Shown here piece after piece: positions 44,091-58,300 of a DNA stretch of 64,000 nucleotides (position 1 is its first letter; every line of letters starts with the position of its first letter). The stretch spans positions 27,652,001-27,716,000 of the forward strand of contig NC_087249.1 of NCBI RefSeq assembly GCF_037042905.1, given 5' to 3'. Below the pieces are notes generated by a model. It made no database searches. It was not told the DNA's origin and saw nothing but the letters and a program-made list of their open reading frames with translations. The position numbers and the translations under genes were made by a program. The stretch comes from Lytechinus pictus. Taxonomy: Eukaryota.

Positions 44091-47000
44091 TCAGTCATCC
44101 ATGTCTCCATAGAGCACGTAGTCTATTGTGACATCATTGTCTGTGACAGGTATACTCTCGCAGATCTGTTCCTTGAAAGCCAAGGCGATTGTAACCGGTT
44201 TGATTCCAGATTCCTCCAAACATCGCTTCTGGTAGATGTCATAGTATCCCTTTCCTCTCCCAAGACGATGACCCTCTTTGCTGAATCCAAGGCCAGGGAC
44301 AATAATCAAATCCAGACCTCCTAAAAATTAATTAAATTAATCAAAGATTGAACTATTGAAGGCTATTCGTTGGATGTACAGTTCATGTAGTTAACACTTT
44401 CTTAGAAATGTAAGACAGGAATTATTAAATTATTATTATTATTCAGTTACATTCTATAATTTTGAAAATAAGGTTTTACTATCCATACAAGATCTTGAGG
44501 CTATTCAACATGTTTATTTAGCCAAAAAAAATATAAAACTACAAATTTCTTCACTAACGATCTGGTGGATGATACATGCCACAAAAATGATGCATATTTT
44601 CAAGCGAAATTAATAATCAAACTATAAAGAAATGGCGAGATCCTGAAATCTTCAAAATGATAATACCAGATATATGTGTTTGAACAAACATTCGCTTGCC
44701 AATCCTGGAAGCCTCTAAAACAGAGACCAAGGGCTATATCCTAACGGGGAATTCCAGAACTTCATAATGTTTTAAAAACATATTTTAACAAAGAATATGG
44801 CCACACATAATTCAACGGATATCAGTTTACCTTCCCTATCCTGTCCTGTAAAATCAAGAATTAGAGAAAAAAAATATCACAGGACAGGCAGACAAGCAGA
44901 CAACAATTATATCAATTTTAACAGGAACAAAATACTATGTGATTTTATGAATTTTTCTGAGGGTAAGGAAGGTTCTTAATTTGTTTTAAAAAGAGATAAA
45001 CCAACCTGTTTTCAGAGCATCTTCCCTCTCATCATCATCAGCCGGCTGCTTGATCTTCCATTTTGTTTCTGGCAGAGCTTCATAATCCTCCATAGAGGTC
45101 ATCCTCAGCATATTCATCTTGGGTCCAATGTACTGAGGAATGTAGCAGGATTTATTCTGGGTGAACATGTTCTGAAGGATACCAGTCGTGTCCACTTCTT
45201 CTTTCTTCATGGCCAGGTAGACTGATATCCGCTGACTTTTCTGGTAGGCAGGGTGTGACATTAGCTGCATCGAAGATCATAAGTGCAAGATGTATCAACA
45301 AAAGTAAAGTTAAATTACAATGTATTCCAGCAGTCAAAATAATAATTTAGTCTGTGGTCAACCACCAGAGTGATTAAAAGTAAATGAGCTCAGCTAGATT
45401 ATACAGACCCTCTGTAGTATACTAGTATACTCACAATGATGGTGAGTTCATGGCCGAAGTAGGGGGGTTGAAATCTTACATATTTTACTTAGACTTTTCA
45501 CAAAATTCACCAAAAAAGTGCACAAAATCCTTCAAACGATTTTTTTTTAAGAAAATGCCAAAGTGCCCCCCATGGCAAGCTTGGTCACTCCACATAAGGC
45601 CCACTTTCGAAAACTTTTCATATAATTCATTCTCCCTATTGCAAATGAAATCACTCTAAAATGTGTCCTTGCAGTGTTTTGCTCTCATTATTTCATAACA
45701 TAGGGAAAATAACATGAAAAGTTGTACTTAGATATCAGGTAAAGTACATCTATGTAATCTTATGTATCTAATGTGGTGGGAGGGGGATTTCTTTAAAGAA
45801 TGTCATTCATTGAGTCAAAAATACATGAATTTCCAAATAGTCTAGATGCTTCTTCTTCTAGTGTGAGTAGTGCTTCATCCAATCGAAACTCCTCAATACA
45901 TTCTGAGGAGTGCAGGCACAGTGCTGCCTTGAATATGAGGAAAACACTACTACTAGCGACATGGAAATTGAGACTAGGGCTGAGGTTAATGGTGAAAATA
46001 GTAAATTATACTTGATTATCATCTAACATTCCAATCGTAAATGTGAAGTGATCACTGAATCTTTCTCTGGGGGTCCAGAACATTCAATGTGCAGTGTTTT
46101 AATTTAACTTTTGTCTGACATGGTGTAAAGGCTTGGTCTGATGGTAGATTTAATGGCAGCGGGGGAAGGCATAATATCAAGTTTGGCTAAAAAATCAAGC
46201 CCTTAGCATATCCCCTAGATCAACATAATGTCGAGGCAACAAATTGTTGGCACACAAGTTAGGGCACTTTTGCATCTGGCGATGAAATTTCAGTCACATG
46301 GAGCATCTTTTTCTTCTTCTTACTACTTAGAATACTTAGGGAATATGCTGAACAAAATCATTTTGACTCTGTATTCAGTTCCAAATTCCTTCTTCTTCTT
46401 CTTCTCCTTCTTCTTCCTCTTCTTCCTCAGCTGATCCCGGAGATCTACAGACGCTAACGTTGGCGAAGGACAATAAGAAACAAGATGGCGGCGTAAACAT
46501 CGAGCAAGTTTCCCCGTCTTTTCATAATATTTTTCTTGTTCTTTTACTGAATTTTTGTTTAAAACTGACTGAAATCGATATCGTAGAAATGTCGGGGATC
46601 TTCATGAAAATATACCACATTTACATGATTTAGGGCTAGATCTTTTAGAAAGAAAGTAAAAATCACAGCATGCTCGGGGCGAAAGTTCCTGTTTTTTCGC
46701 AGTACACACACATGAATGGGACGCAATCCCTGGCTCCGTGGAGAGTAAGCCTACGTTAGTAAATGATTTTTACTCTCCAGGAACCTCCTGATTGATCTGA
46801 TGGATCATTGTTTACTTTCAAACTGTCAACATGGATTTTCTCCAAATTGGTCCTGTATGACACAGCTCTTATGTGCAATGGAAGAAATGACACACACACT
46901 TAATGCTGGAATTCCTATTGATGTCATTTATTTAGACTTTTGTAAAGCAATTGACTCTGTTCCTCATGAGAGGCTTCTCAAGAAATTAACGTCATATGGT

Positions 47001-49096
47001 AGTATAGTTGGAAAATTACATGCTTGGATAAGAGCCTTTGTAACAGGAAGGGAACAGAGAGTGACTATCAACGGTGAAAGTTCTGATTGGAGTCAAGTAC
47101 CTTGGTAAGCAGCGGCATTTCGCAGGGGAGCGTGTTAGGACCCATTCTCTTTGTCATCTTTATAAATGATTTACCTAATATTTTGGACAATTCTGTGTAT
47201 ATTTTTGCCGACGATACCAAAATCATCAATGATGTCAGCTCTGATGTTAAACAAAAGACTCTTCAAGCTGATCTTACTCATGCTGTCGAATGGAGTGAAA
47301 CCTGGCAACTCAAGTTTTCAAAATGCAAGGTTCTACATATTGGAAAGACCAATTCAAGAAGTGTTTATACTATGAATGGAGATGAATTAGAACCATGTAA
47401 GCAGGAGAAAGATCTCAGTTTTATTATGGATGAAGAGCTCAATTTTCGCCAACATGTCTCAGCAGCTGTTTTGAAAGCTAACCAAATACTTCTTCTTCTT
47501 CTTCTTCTGGAAACAGTACAGTCCACCGTCTGGTGTATTGTCGTACTGGTGAAGTGCAGCGTGCAAGTGTATGTACATTATTCGATAAAAAATTGCTTAC
47601 AGCGTGCAAGTAAAAGCAACCACCGTTATTAACGGAGCTGGGTCTTTTGTACCTCTTGTTTAAAGATGTGTAGAGAGGTACAATTAACTGTGCTGTTGGG
47701 GAGGGAGTTCCAAAGTCTGGAATAGTACACAGAACCTTTTCTCAAATAACCCCTGAAATATTGTTTGTATCTCTGATTCGACCTCATCTGGAATATGGGA
47801 ACATTTTATGGCATGTGAGATTTAAAATGGATGCAGACAAAGTAGAGAAGGTGCAAAGGAGAGCTACTCGCATGATTCCTGGTCTCCAGAGCTTACCGTA
47901 TGAGCAACGTCTAGAGAGACTAAACCTTCACTCACTGTTTTACAGAAGACGAAGAGGAGATGATTACTGTTTACAAACTGTTAAATGGAAAGTTTGGGAT
48001 CTCGAGTGACACATTCTTCACACCAGTAATCCATTCATCAACTAGAGGTCACAAGTTCAAGCTTTTCACAGGACGATCTCGGCTGGAACTTAGGAGTAAA
48101 TTTTTTAGTCAAAGAGTAATTTCTGACTGGAACAAAGTGCCGACAGAAGTAGTGGAAGCTAAATCAGTGGAAATGTTTAAACATCTGTTGGATAAATTTT
48201 GGTGGGGGGAAAGATTTAAAACCTCCATTTCTCAACGCACGTAAAGTCTCACAAGTTTAAACTGTCTAGATAATGGTCAACCACCGGAAGTAAAGATCGG
48301 AAAACCTACAGGAGAAGTCTTTCATTTCCTAGACAGGAATAACCGTCGTTTCTGGGGATTTATCTAACAATTTCTGACATTTTACTAATACTATCATGAG
48401 CCATCATAGTTCAGCGGAACAACCAACATTTCAGAGACTGAAGCTTTTGGTCTATTCATTTCCGTACCTGATGTGATGTGATGGTATTGATCGGCCATTT
48501 TGTTTTTAATTTTGACAGAAGGAAAACGAACGAGACGGAACTTTTCCTTTTTTAGAGGGTCCAGTTTGTGCCTCGATGTCAAGATAGCTGTGTCATGACA
48601 CTCATCCTACGAACGATAGCCAATATGATAGACCTTCATCCATATAATCGAGGTAAATGCATAATTTATTTTTCCCCTTTTAATTATTTGAAGTGCTATT
48701 CCGACCCCATTTTGGAGAGTATATGTTTGAATAGTATTACACGGACGACTCTCTGGGTTAGGAGAGTCGTTGCACGTTGCCGTTGGAAAATAAATTCAGA
48801 CAAACATTGACATGATAATAGTCAATACAACATGTATAATGGCATAGACGTGTCTTATATTAATTAAAGTTGACATGAATTGCAGCATCTGGGACCGAAA
48901 ATTAAAATGCGTCGTCTGCTACAATCTCAGGTAAAATATTTGTCTTTTCCCTACAGAATTGAACATGATTTATCGGTTCACTAACCTTTTTTGTTATGTA
49001 AAGAGACTGCCTGACCTTCTCTGGCTCAGAAAGAGCTTTCAGTCTCTTCTTTAGCTCTTGTCGAAGAAGGTTTTTCGCTTGATGGACAGCCTCCAT
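44091..49096 (-). CDS. MTHFS: 5-formyltetrahydrofolate cyclo-ligase (methenyltetrahydrofolate synthetase), 199 aa; exons 48986-49096, 45006-45264, 44091-44320
   Basis: [90 protein letters not shown]; GT-AG joins give 600 nt in frame. Confidence 0.96.
46790..48330 (+). mobile_element. 5'-truncated CR1/L2-clade LINE (RT domain, frameshifted) in MTHFS intron 1
   Basis: [92 protein letters not shown]. Confidence 0.93.
47491..47717 (-). mobile_element. Nested antisense LINE 3' fragment with (GAA)n tail inserted into the CR1 ORF
   Basis: Minus strand encodes [22 protein letters not shown] followed by UTR and (GAA)n; the host reads KANQIL|GIVHRTF across the insertion. Confidence 0.75.
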
Positions 49097-49220
49097 GACT
49101 CTAAACCGGATGTAACTCAGAAAAGTGCATGATGGGATCGTTAAAACATGTAGATGGCGCTAGACCAATGTGGTGCGAACTGAATTAACTTTGATAAATA
49201 AAAATCTGGGTGCAAATATA

Positions 49221-49253
<33 letters not shown>

Positions 49254-50130
49254 CCTGTTGAAACGTCTGCTACGAACTTGCTCTGCTATATGGCCTGAAC
49301 AAGCGGGCTTCTCATTTTTACAGAATGTAGGCATATGTCATTCTATAAAGTTTTCTAAAAAACTTCAAATTGAGCTTTGGTGCTAAAGCTTCTCCTTCTC
49401 CCTTCACCATGTTCGCAAGCAGGCTCCTGGATTGTGCCGGGCTGAAATCATTCAACAGTATATTATTCCCACTTGACACGTCCATTTTTATTCACAAACT
49501 TTAAATGGTAGAAGTTTGACTTTCCTCGCTTTGCGAGAGAAGGGGAAACAAAAATCAGGCTTTTTGCGAAAACACAATGCTATAGCTATAGACCTATTCC
49601 TCAAAATAGAATTTTCTTACCTTTTGAATTACAATCACATGAAGGTTGGATTTTTATGAAATATAACTTTACCAACAAAAAATGATGAAGCTTCATTTGG
49701 GATATATATATACATATAGCTTTTACACAACAGATTGATTTAACGCAGTTCCGTAACTACCAAATTTTAGGGTGTACACTAAGCACAGGGGCCGCTGAAC
49801 GGTTTTCAAAGTGGGGGGGCTGACCATGCTAAAAATCACAATCATATGGTCATTTTTACGTTTTTGTACACGGTTCCGCGGCCCCTGATTAGCAAATGTG
49901 GGAAAATTTGTAAAAAGTCGCCAGCGAGCCAAGTGATCGAGCCAGAAGAAAATTGGCCTTTTGAAATGAAATTCTAATTATGTGATAGATTTTTACATTA
50001 ATTTCAGGAAATAACATATCATCATTGTTTTCCATTCATTTCATTTTGTTTTATTGCCTTCTTTACTTTCTTTTATTTCCCCTTGGCTGTTGAACCAAGA
50101 ACCCCGCATGCAGGAATTAAGAGTCCTTAA

Positions 50131-50893
50131 AGGGATGGTCCGGGCTGAAAGTATTTATTGCTTAATAAATAGAGTAGAATTCACTGAGCAAAATGCTGGA
50201 CATTTCATCGAAATCGGATTACAAATAACAAAGTTATTGAATTTTAAAGTTTAGCAATATTTTGTGAAAACAGTCATCATGAGTCACATCCACACTTGTT
50301 CTTTTGTATTTTATAATATGAAATTAGGTTTATTCAAATTTTTTCCTCCAAGAACTAGAAAAATTGGATTGACAACTGATTTAGTGCATTAGATATTTAT
50401 TGCTGCAACTTATTTAATTATCACTCTAAAAAATGTTTACCCAATATTGGGTAAAATGGGAACATGCATGTTGGTTGGGTAAAAAGATACCCAGTATGGT
50501 GTCAATTTAACGCAATGTTGCGTTGAAATAGCCCAATATGGGGTAAAAAAAATACCCAGCAAACATGCATGTTCCCTTTCTACCTAATAGTGGGTAAAAT
50601 TTTACTCAGTGTTTTTAGAGTGATATAAGGGAGACATGTTATTCACACAAGTATGAATTAATGAAAAAATTATGATTTTATGTAATAACATAAGAAAACG
50701 GAAAGTGGAGATGTGACATCATCAGCCCACCTAATGAATATTCATGACGACTGTTTTCGCAAAATATTGCTAAAATTTAAACTTCAATAACTTTATTATT
50801 TGTTATCCAATTTTGATGAAATTTTCGGCATTTTGCTCAGTAAATTCTACTTTATGTATTAAGATATAAATATTTTCAGCCCGGACCATCCCT
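50131..50893. mobile_element. Kolobok/T2-type MITE family C
   Basis: TTAA/TTGA flanks, AGGGATGGTCCGGGCTGAAA..TTTCAGCCCGGACCATCCCT TIRs, internal inverted repeats. Confidence 0.88.
50422..50622. mobile_element. Nested CMC/EnSpm-like MITE
   Basis: CACTCTAAAAA..TTTTTAGAGTG TIRs, 2-bp AT TSD, palindromic interior. Confidence 0.75.
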
Positions 50894-51109
50894 TTGATAG
50901 AGCCATTTTAAGGTAGATGAACTAGTTTGTACGGTATAACCCTTGCCATGCATGCAGTGTAAAGCTTTATTACGGTAGGGTCATAGGCCCTATCACGTAA
51001 TAAGGGGATGTGTACGTCTAGCCCTTGGGATTTTTTGTCCTGATTGCGACCTTATTGTATAAAATTTAGCAAGCTAATATAATAATACAATGTTCCTTCA
51101 CTTCCCGCT

Positions 51110-51690
51110 TTTTTTTTCTTTTTCAAGATTTTTTTATTTCTCAACTCATTCCATACATAGGTATCACATGCACAGATACAACATAATAAAAAAAAAATAG
51201 CACACATTTCAAACAAATTCAAATAAATGGTTCATTTTGTATACAAAATATCTTTTGTTCGATGCACGTTTATCAAATTACGTTTAAAAGCAATAATTCT
51301 CTCAGTTGTTTCGATTTTTTTCCAAACCAAGCATAAATTAAATGAGTAAAAGTGGGTTTGATACATGAATAGATGACATATTTTGCAAACAACACAATGA
51401 TATTGGTATAAGATGAAAGTTATTGAGGGTTATAACTCCAAAAATGTCAATGTCACTGAAATATGTACTTCTAATATGCTTGGCCTTCAACCACTCGTGA
51501 ACTTCGTACCAAAATGAAATTACATATTCACATCTAAGAAATAGATGAACAATTGTTTGAACGTGGTTTTCACAGAAATTACATAAAGGAGAATCTTTTA
51601 CTCCAATTTTAAATAAAAAATCTTGTATTGAAATTCTTCTGTAAATAAATTTAAATTGGAAGTTTTTAATTTCCCGATGAAATCCACCAG
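51110..51690 (-). mobile_element. L1/Tx1-clade LINE ORF2 3' fragment (zf-RVT)
   Basis: FQFKFIYRRI...LFKIG.KDSPLCNFC....TIVHLF..C..V..FW motif, followed by an A-rich tail. Confidence 0.85.
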
Positions 51691-52354
51691 TTGGGGAGCC
51701 CGCCAATTGTGATTTTTTGCATGGTCAGCCCATCCCCCATCCCCCCCCCCCCCCCCACTTTGCTGCCCCCGGGGCTGCCCCGGGCCCCTGATGCGGGCCC
51801 TGATGCATGCCCTGCATGCCCGTTGATAGATCCGGTATACGGATCCATATCCGTATGAATCCTATCTGGAGAAGTGAAATTTGTCAATATATACATATTT
51901 AATTGGCTTATTAAGACAGTTTTTTGAACAATTGTCCTAGTTGATAAAGTCACTCTTACGTATACATGTGGAAATCTACAAAAGTTTTACAGTTTGTATG
52001 AATCATCGTATTTCGTAATAAATTCTTCTCGCCCGGGTTAGCCTTACCTACAGACTGAAAAAGAATGAAGGAAAAACTAGAACTGATATAGGCTTATTCA
52101 TGCGCTTGTGTAATAATCTTATTTCAGTTATTTAATATTTTAGTCTTATTTTTTTCTCCACGGATTCCACCGGTTTCTTTCTGTCTGGTCAATACCCCCC
52201 GCCCCCCCCCTCCAAAAAAAAATAATTCTCGCCCGATATCGTTGAGGGCGCAATTCATCGAGTTATTTATAGAATCGACGAAGGCGAGGGTGGGAACGGA
52301 AAAGTTTATTGTCAAAAATATTGACAACATACTTACCAGAAATACTATTTGTAC

Positions 52355-55300
52355 ATGGCAACAATATATGGTCTCCCCGAAATGCAGGTGAGTTCACGAT
52401 GTACTGAATAAGTTGATTGATATGACTTTTTGTAGTAAAATTCAAATTTTTTTATGAGTCCTCGCCAGAAATTCCGGTAGGCCTACTCTCGTCGATTATG
52501 CTTCCCTGCCGCTGCCCCCGCCGTACCGCTCACGGGTTTAACTGCCGACCGCTCTGGCTGATATTCATGCCAAAACTGGTGTAACGTTAGGCCTAACTTT
52601 AGTTAGAGTAGACTACGCCGTGTACACTGTAGGCCCTGCGTGGAATGTTGCAGGATCAGTGTGGATGTGCATGGTATGGTGAAGATCATTTAGCAGGGTT
52701 TGCCGGCCATTCCGTGCGTTTGGGAACTGGTCAACAAATCGAATTTATATTATAAAAAATTATTTCACCACGATATGTAAAGAAACTTTGGCGATTTTGA
52801 AAGTAATTGATGCGAAAGGCTTTGTAGTTTGTTTACGATGTGAAGCTCCTCACACAACTGGTTCCCTCTTTCCTCATGCAATATTTATGATCGGGCTCAG
52901 ATTGCCATGGGTGGACAAGTTTCAAGACCACTCTGCCACTTTCACAATGTTGACCAAAAAATTATTACAAAATCGATTCATTAAATAAATCACAAGATAT
53001 ACCGGTAGGCTATATATTATGGGGATGAATCACTTTAAACTCTGTATAATCATATTGAATGAATTTCTGATCGCGTTAAGAGGGGGCATCTGTGTCCTTT
53101 GGACACGTCAAATTTCTAGTCCTTCCTAAATCTCTTATAGATTTTATGTTAGATAATTCTTGATAAACCTCCATATTTTTTTTTTCAATTTAGTGGAGGC
53201 TGGAGGGGACATATGAAACTGGAAGTCTTGCCCAATAGTCTAAGGGTTAAAGTGAAAAAGGGCAGCAGTTTCAGAACTTCTAGATCTAGATCCAATTGAT
53301 TTTTGTTAGGCTTAGACTAGACTTTAACTTTATCTAGATCTAGGCCTAGATCTACATGTAGTTTAGACTGAGGCTGAGACCACTCAAGGTTCCAACTCAG
53401 GTGTCGTGCACAGGAAAGTGCAAGGCATAACACCCGTGAAACTTCCATGGAATATTTTATTATGTAGACATTAGTCAGATTAGACATCCCTAGTGAAATA
53501 ATTTTTTGCTATGCCGCCCTCTATATGCATCTTGTAGCTTAGTTACTAACAGAGATAAGATGTGAAAAAATTCCCATTTCTACCACATATATACTGTAGT
53601 TTAAAGTCGAGTAGGGGGTGCTTGATATAAAATCATTTTCATTAAAATGAAACATGATCACAGAAACTATTCAATATATTATTTATTTCTTCATTACTTC
53701 CACTAATCTTGAATCTATAATTTGTTCTTTCTGTCTGTTTTTCCTTTTTTTTTTCTCTAGATCTATTCCCTTTTTTCTTTTCTTTTTTGTTTGTTTAAGG
53801 CCTATCTTTTTATTCTTTTGCATTTATTTTTATTTTCATTTTCTCTTTTATTTTGAGGGCTTTTTATTCTACTTTCTCTTCTCAATAGTTTTTTCTCTTC
53901 TATATATCCGTTTTTTTCTTTGTTATTGTTCTCCTTATTCTTTCGTTTCTTCTTTTCATCTGTTTCAATTGTTTTTTTTTTTCTCTTTCTCTATTTTTTT
54001 TTTTTTAGATCTCCTTGCTGTAGAAGTTTATTTTGAAGACAAAGAATTGACTGTTTTTATTTCCTTTGACTTTACGATTTGTTTTTTCTCACCACTTTAT
54101 TTGCCTCCTTTATCTATCTCATGCTTAACATTAATATCTGATTACTTCTCATTCCTTTTACATCACCATCCCTTCATCTCCTGCTTTGCATTCCTTACAC
54201 AATAGGCCTACTATTTGCAATGATCTTTTGTCCCTTCATGTTCATTTCATGGTTCAGTTAGCCTGCAGTTACTGTCTTTGCTGTTATGCTGAACACAAGC
54301 GATACGTCTGATGTGGCAAAGACTACAAACTATGGATGCAAAGCATCCACCGCCTATAGACACCCGTCTTGATTTGGATTTTGTTTTTTAATATTGACAA
54401 TGAAATAACGCTGGTTTTTCGTACGAAAAATTCTCATGCATATGTTAAGCCATGATGTCACTTTCTTCATCCAAAATGGCGAGTACGAGTACACGTGAAA
54501 AACTTCTATGAGAAAGTTTGGATTATGGAGCTGACAAATTTGGCATGCCTAGTTAAAGTAGTTATTGATGACGGGAGGATATATTTGTCGCTTTACCAAC
54601 AGGATATAGAAAAAGCGCTATCTACCAGGCAATCCCTCTGTGTTATGATTATCTTCGCAATCACGTCTTTTATGATGGAGATGTCTTAATTGTTGACACA
54701 TGACCAGGAATACAGGTACCGGTTCCGGTACCACAACATGTCAAATGACAAGATCATGGGAAGTACGAATTAATAATCGTTAATTTGACAACGTCATGTC
54801 TCTCAAATATACTTGAAGACTATAGTTTAGCAAAATATTTAATCTTTTATTTTAATGGTTGTTAAAAAAAATATAAAACATTGTTTTGCAGACGTTGAGT
54901 TTATGTATCCCTATCTCCTGATTTGTTTTACCCCCATTAAGTAATGGACGAGCAGAATCTTTTTCTTTGCAACTTCATGTATCTGATGGTTGAACGTAAC
55001 TTTGGTAAGCCATATTAGGCGTGGTTGTGGAATTATCCATAAATTCGTCATTTTGAATAAACTTGAATATTTGTTAGGGTGTCTATAGGCAGTGGATGCT
55101 TCGCATCCACAATTCGTAGTCTTTGCCACATCAGACATATCGCTTGCGTTCAGCAGATTAGCAAAGACAATAACTGCAGCCTCCGCTTTAGATTATAGGC
55201 TATGGTTCAGTTGATTTACATTGAAAGGTTTAGCCTATATGATTATTTAGTGAAACTTACCCTTATTCATAGAAACTCATTTAAATTTGTTGTAAACTCA

Positions 55301-58300
55301 TTTATTTTCATATAATTTCTTTTATATGCAAACTTTCTTATTTGAATATTTAATATTTACAAATTATTGTTAAACAAAGAAATAAGCCCGCAGATTGAGA
55401 TATTAAGTACACCTCCGCCAGGCAGATTATCACAGGCAAGCAAAGAGTGAACATTTGTATATTATTTAACTCTGTAGGGACATACCACACCTAGGTGACC
55501 ACATAACAACTACCCTGCCCACAACCTTTACAAGCAAAAAAATCACTCTTGGACTCCACCTTGATGCAGCCAGGGGGGGGGGGGGGGACAACATTTTTAA
55601 TACACTTTTCTATTGTCTCCTTTAAACAAAAATGCTGGGGGATGCTGGATCTACCACTGGAGGATACCATAACACATTGTCAGAACAGATGATCCATGCA
55701 TCACTGAATAGAATTTTACTGGGTCTTTTTTTTTGCATGCAGTGAGTTCCAGTAATGAAACTAGGAAAACTCTCAATTATGATAATGTAGATCAAGGAAT
55801 TGTGATAGGACTCTGAGCAGCTAGCAAGTAAAAGTTGTTGTAAAATCTTACCTTTTTTTTAGGCAAAGATGGCAAGGAGTCAAGACTACATTTTTTTTTA
55901 ATGAGATAAGCTTCATTCACAAAATTGGTACATTTTAACATTTAATATTAGGCGTACTACTCCTCAAGTATTCTAGTTCTAGGGAATTGTAAGTTTCTGT
56001 TGGACCTTATCATGCATACCTTTTTCATGGGGTAGTCCCGGACATGTGATGCTTGTGATGAAGAGAGTCAAAGAGAATAAAATTAGGTTGCATTATTGAG
56101 GGGACAATTGGGGTTTGTCCTTACATCCTCTTTGAATCAGAAAAATAATAGATTTTGATTTGGTTGTGTGTTCCATGACACATTGCTCATCTCTATTTTG
56201 TTTTGTGTTTGTCTTTTTTATACAGGGGGAGGCCCCTGGAACTACCCGGATCTTGAAAGTGAGAGTTATAGAAGGAAAAGACCTGGCTAAGAAGGATATA
56301 TTTGGTGCAAGGTATGTTTGAATAGATTCTCATCATGCATCACGTTCCTAGGAATCCTCCAAGTACTGTTGATTAGTTAGTGGTACATGTAGATGTGTAT
56401 GGTTTATGAAATAAAACATGATTTAAAATATTGTAAGCCAGTCCAGGATGGGAATGAAATATGAATGCCAGTTATACTTACATTTGTAATATTAACCCAT
56501 CTGTTTATGTGGTGAGTGCTGAGAAGCATTCATCGTAAGTTATTTTAAATTTGTGAATCATCTGTGTGTGTGTGTGTGTGTGTATAATGTGCTCTAAAGA
56601 AAACTCACAAATACTATTGGTATTATACACATAATACTGTATATTATACATGTACATGTATGTACATACTACATAAATACATGGATTGTTCTAACATTTT
56701 GATGCCTCAACAAGAAATGATCTAATTTGCTCTTATATATTAAAGTATAATAGGCTACCAACATGTACATGAATGTTCAGAAGCAAAGATCTTTGTGCAT
56801 GAAATCTTTAATGAATGTCCATATGTTTCAAGAGTGTGGTAGAAAAAGAAATTGACAATGTTACCAGTGTTAATTTGAAAAAACTAAAATTTCTCCTGAT
56901 GGATTTGACAAAAATACAGCTCTAGCTGAAATTGAGAGATGAGAGTTTGAGAGGGAGAGATTGAAACTAGGTGAAGGTCTGTGAAGATAGAGACTATTCT
57001 TTGACTGATCAATAATTTGTGAAGTCTCAGTGAATTCGAATTGGTAGGCCTGCCTGGCTGGGTTTGAGGAGAGAGAGTATCGCTGTTGTGACTTTTTTTT
57101 TTTTTATCACCTTTATTCAAAACAAAGCAAATGGAAATTACAAACAACGAAAATAAGTCCAGGTTACTCGGTTTTTTAGGACGAAGTACAGGTCTAATAT
57201 AAGAATTACAATACAGATACACAATATATAACATATCACAATCAAATTTACATAAAACGATTATACATTGGTGATTGCAGAAAAGAAAATTGAAATAGAT
57301 CAAGCACACACCCTTACAACTGAAATGAAGAGAGGATAGAGGGGAGATAGAAAGAGTGAACTTGATGAAGAGAGATAGGAGGAAGAAAAAGTGTGACGAG
57401 TGAAAAGAAGGGGAAACAGGATAAAAGGATAAGACAGAGAAGGAGAAAGAAGAAAAAGAGGAATATTTGAAGCCAAAACAACAACCTATATGCTGTTAGA
57501 AGTAAGAACGCTTATAAAGAATAATGCATTTTCATCGCTTAAACTGGGAATGCAACCCAAATAAAAACTTGTTTTTAGAGGAAAAGGAAAAATCAGACAA
57601 GTTGATAGGTGAAAGTTTGAACAATATTGGACGAATAATAAGGAAGTTATGAATTTTTAAAAGTTGTAAAAATTGGTTAATCACTATACCCATGGAGACT
57701 ACAAATAAGCCAGTCTGTAGTTCCACTCTGCGCATGATCAGAAGATTCTGCGCATGATCAGAGGAAGGTCATTTGTACTAAAGTGACATGGTGGTTTAAA
57801 ATTAGTGAGATAAGCACCAACTTCGATGTCTTGATTATTCATATATTCTTTTGAATTGTGTTTTTCATTCACATCCACAAAAAAAACAATGCATCCATGA
57901 ATGACTGGTATATTTAACAGTTTGCCAAGTACATTTACATCCTCTAATAGCATTCAAAGTAGAAATGCAACAACTACCTTCAAGTGTTCATTGATGTGCT
58001 ATTCTAGTCATCTGGTCTATTCAATTTCGTCATCCCGCTATGTAAGGCATGCATACGTAATATCTTGCTTTGAAATCTGCCTATCTTAATGAAAGAAATG
58101 AAAGGTCATTTGACCAAAATTGTCCATGAAGTAACTGCGAACTGGTCTATTTGCTGCATATGTGATGTAAAGGCCAAGGACTACTCTTCCATGTACTCCC
58201 ATACATAAAATGGGTAAAATGTAATTTTTTCAAAAGTTTTACTTCAAATTATATTTTTCTTTCATGAGGACATAAAAAAATATAGGCCTACTATCTTGAT

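Noticed and set aside
53654-54205. 183-aa Phe-rich ORF as a membrane protein
   Set aside because: T-rich low-complexity intronic DNA within NEDD4 intron 1.
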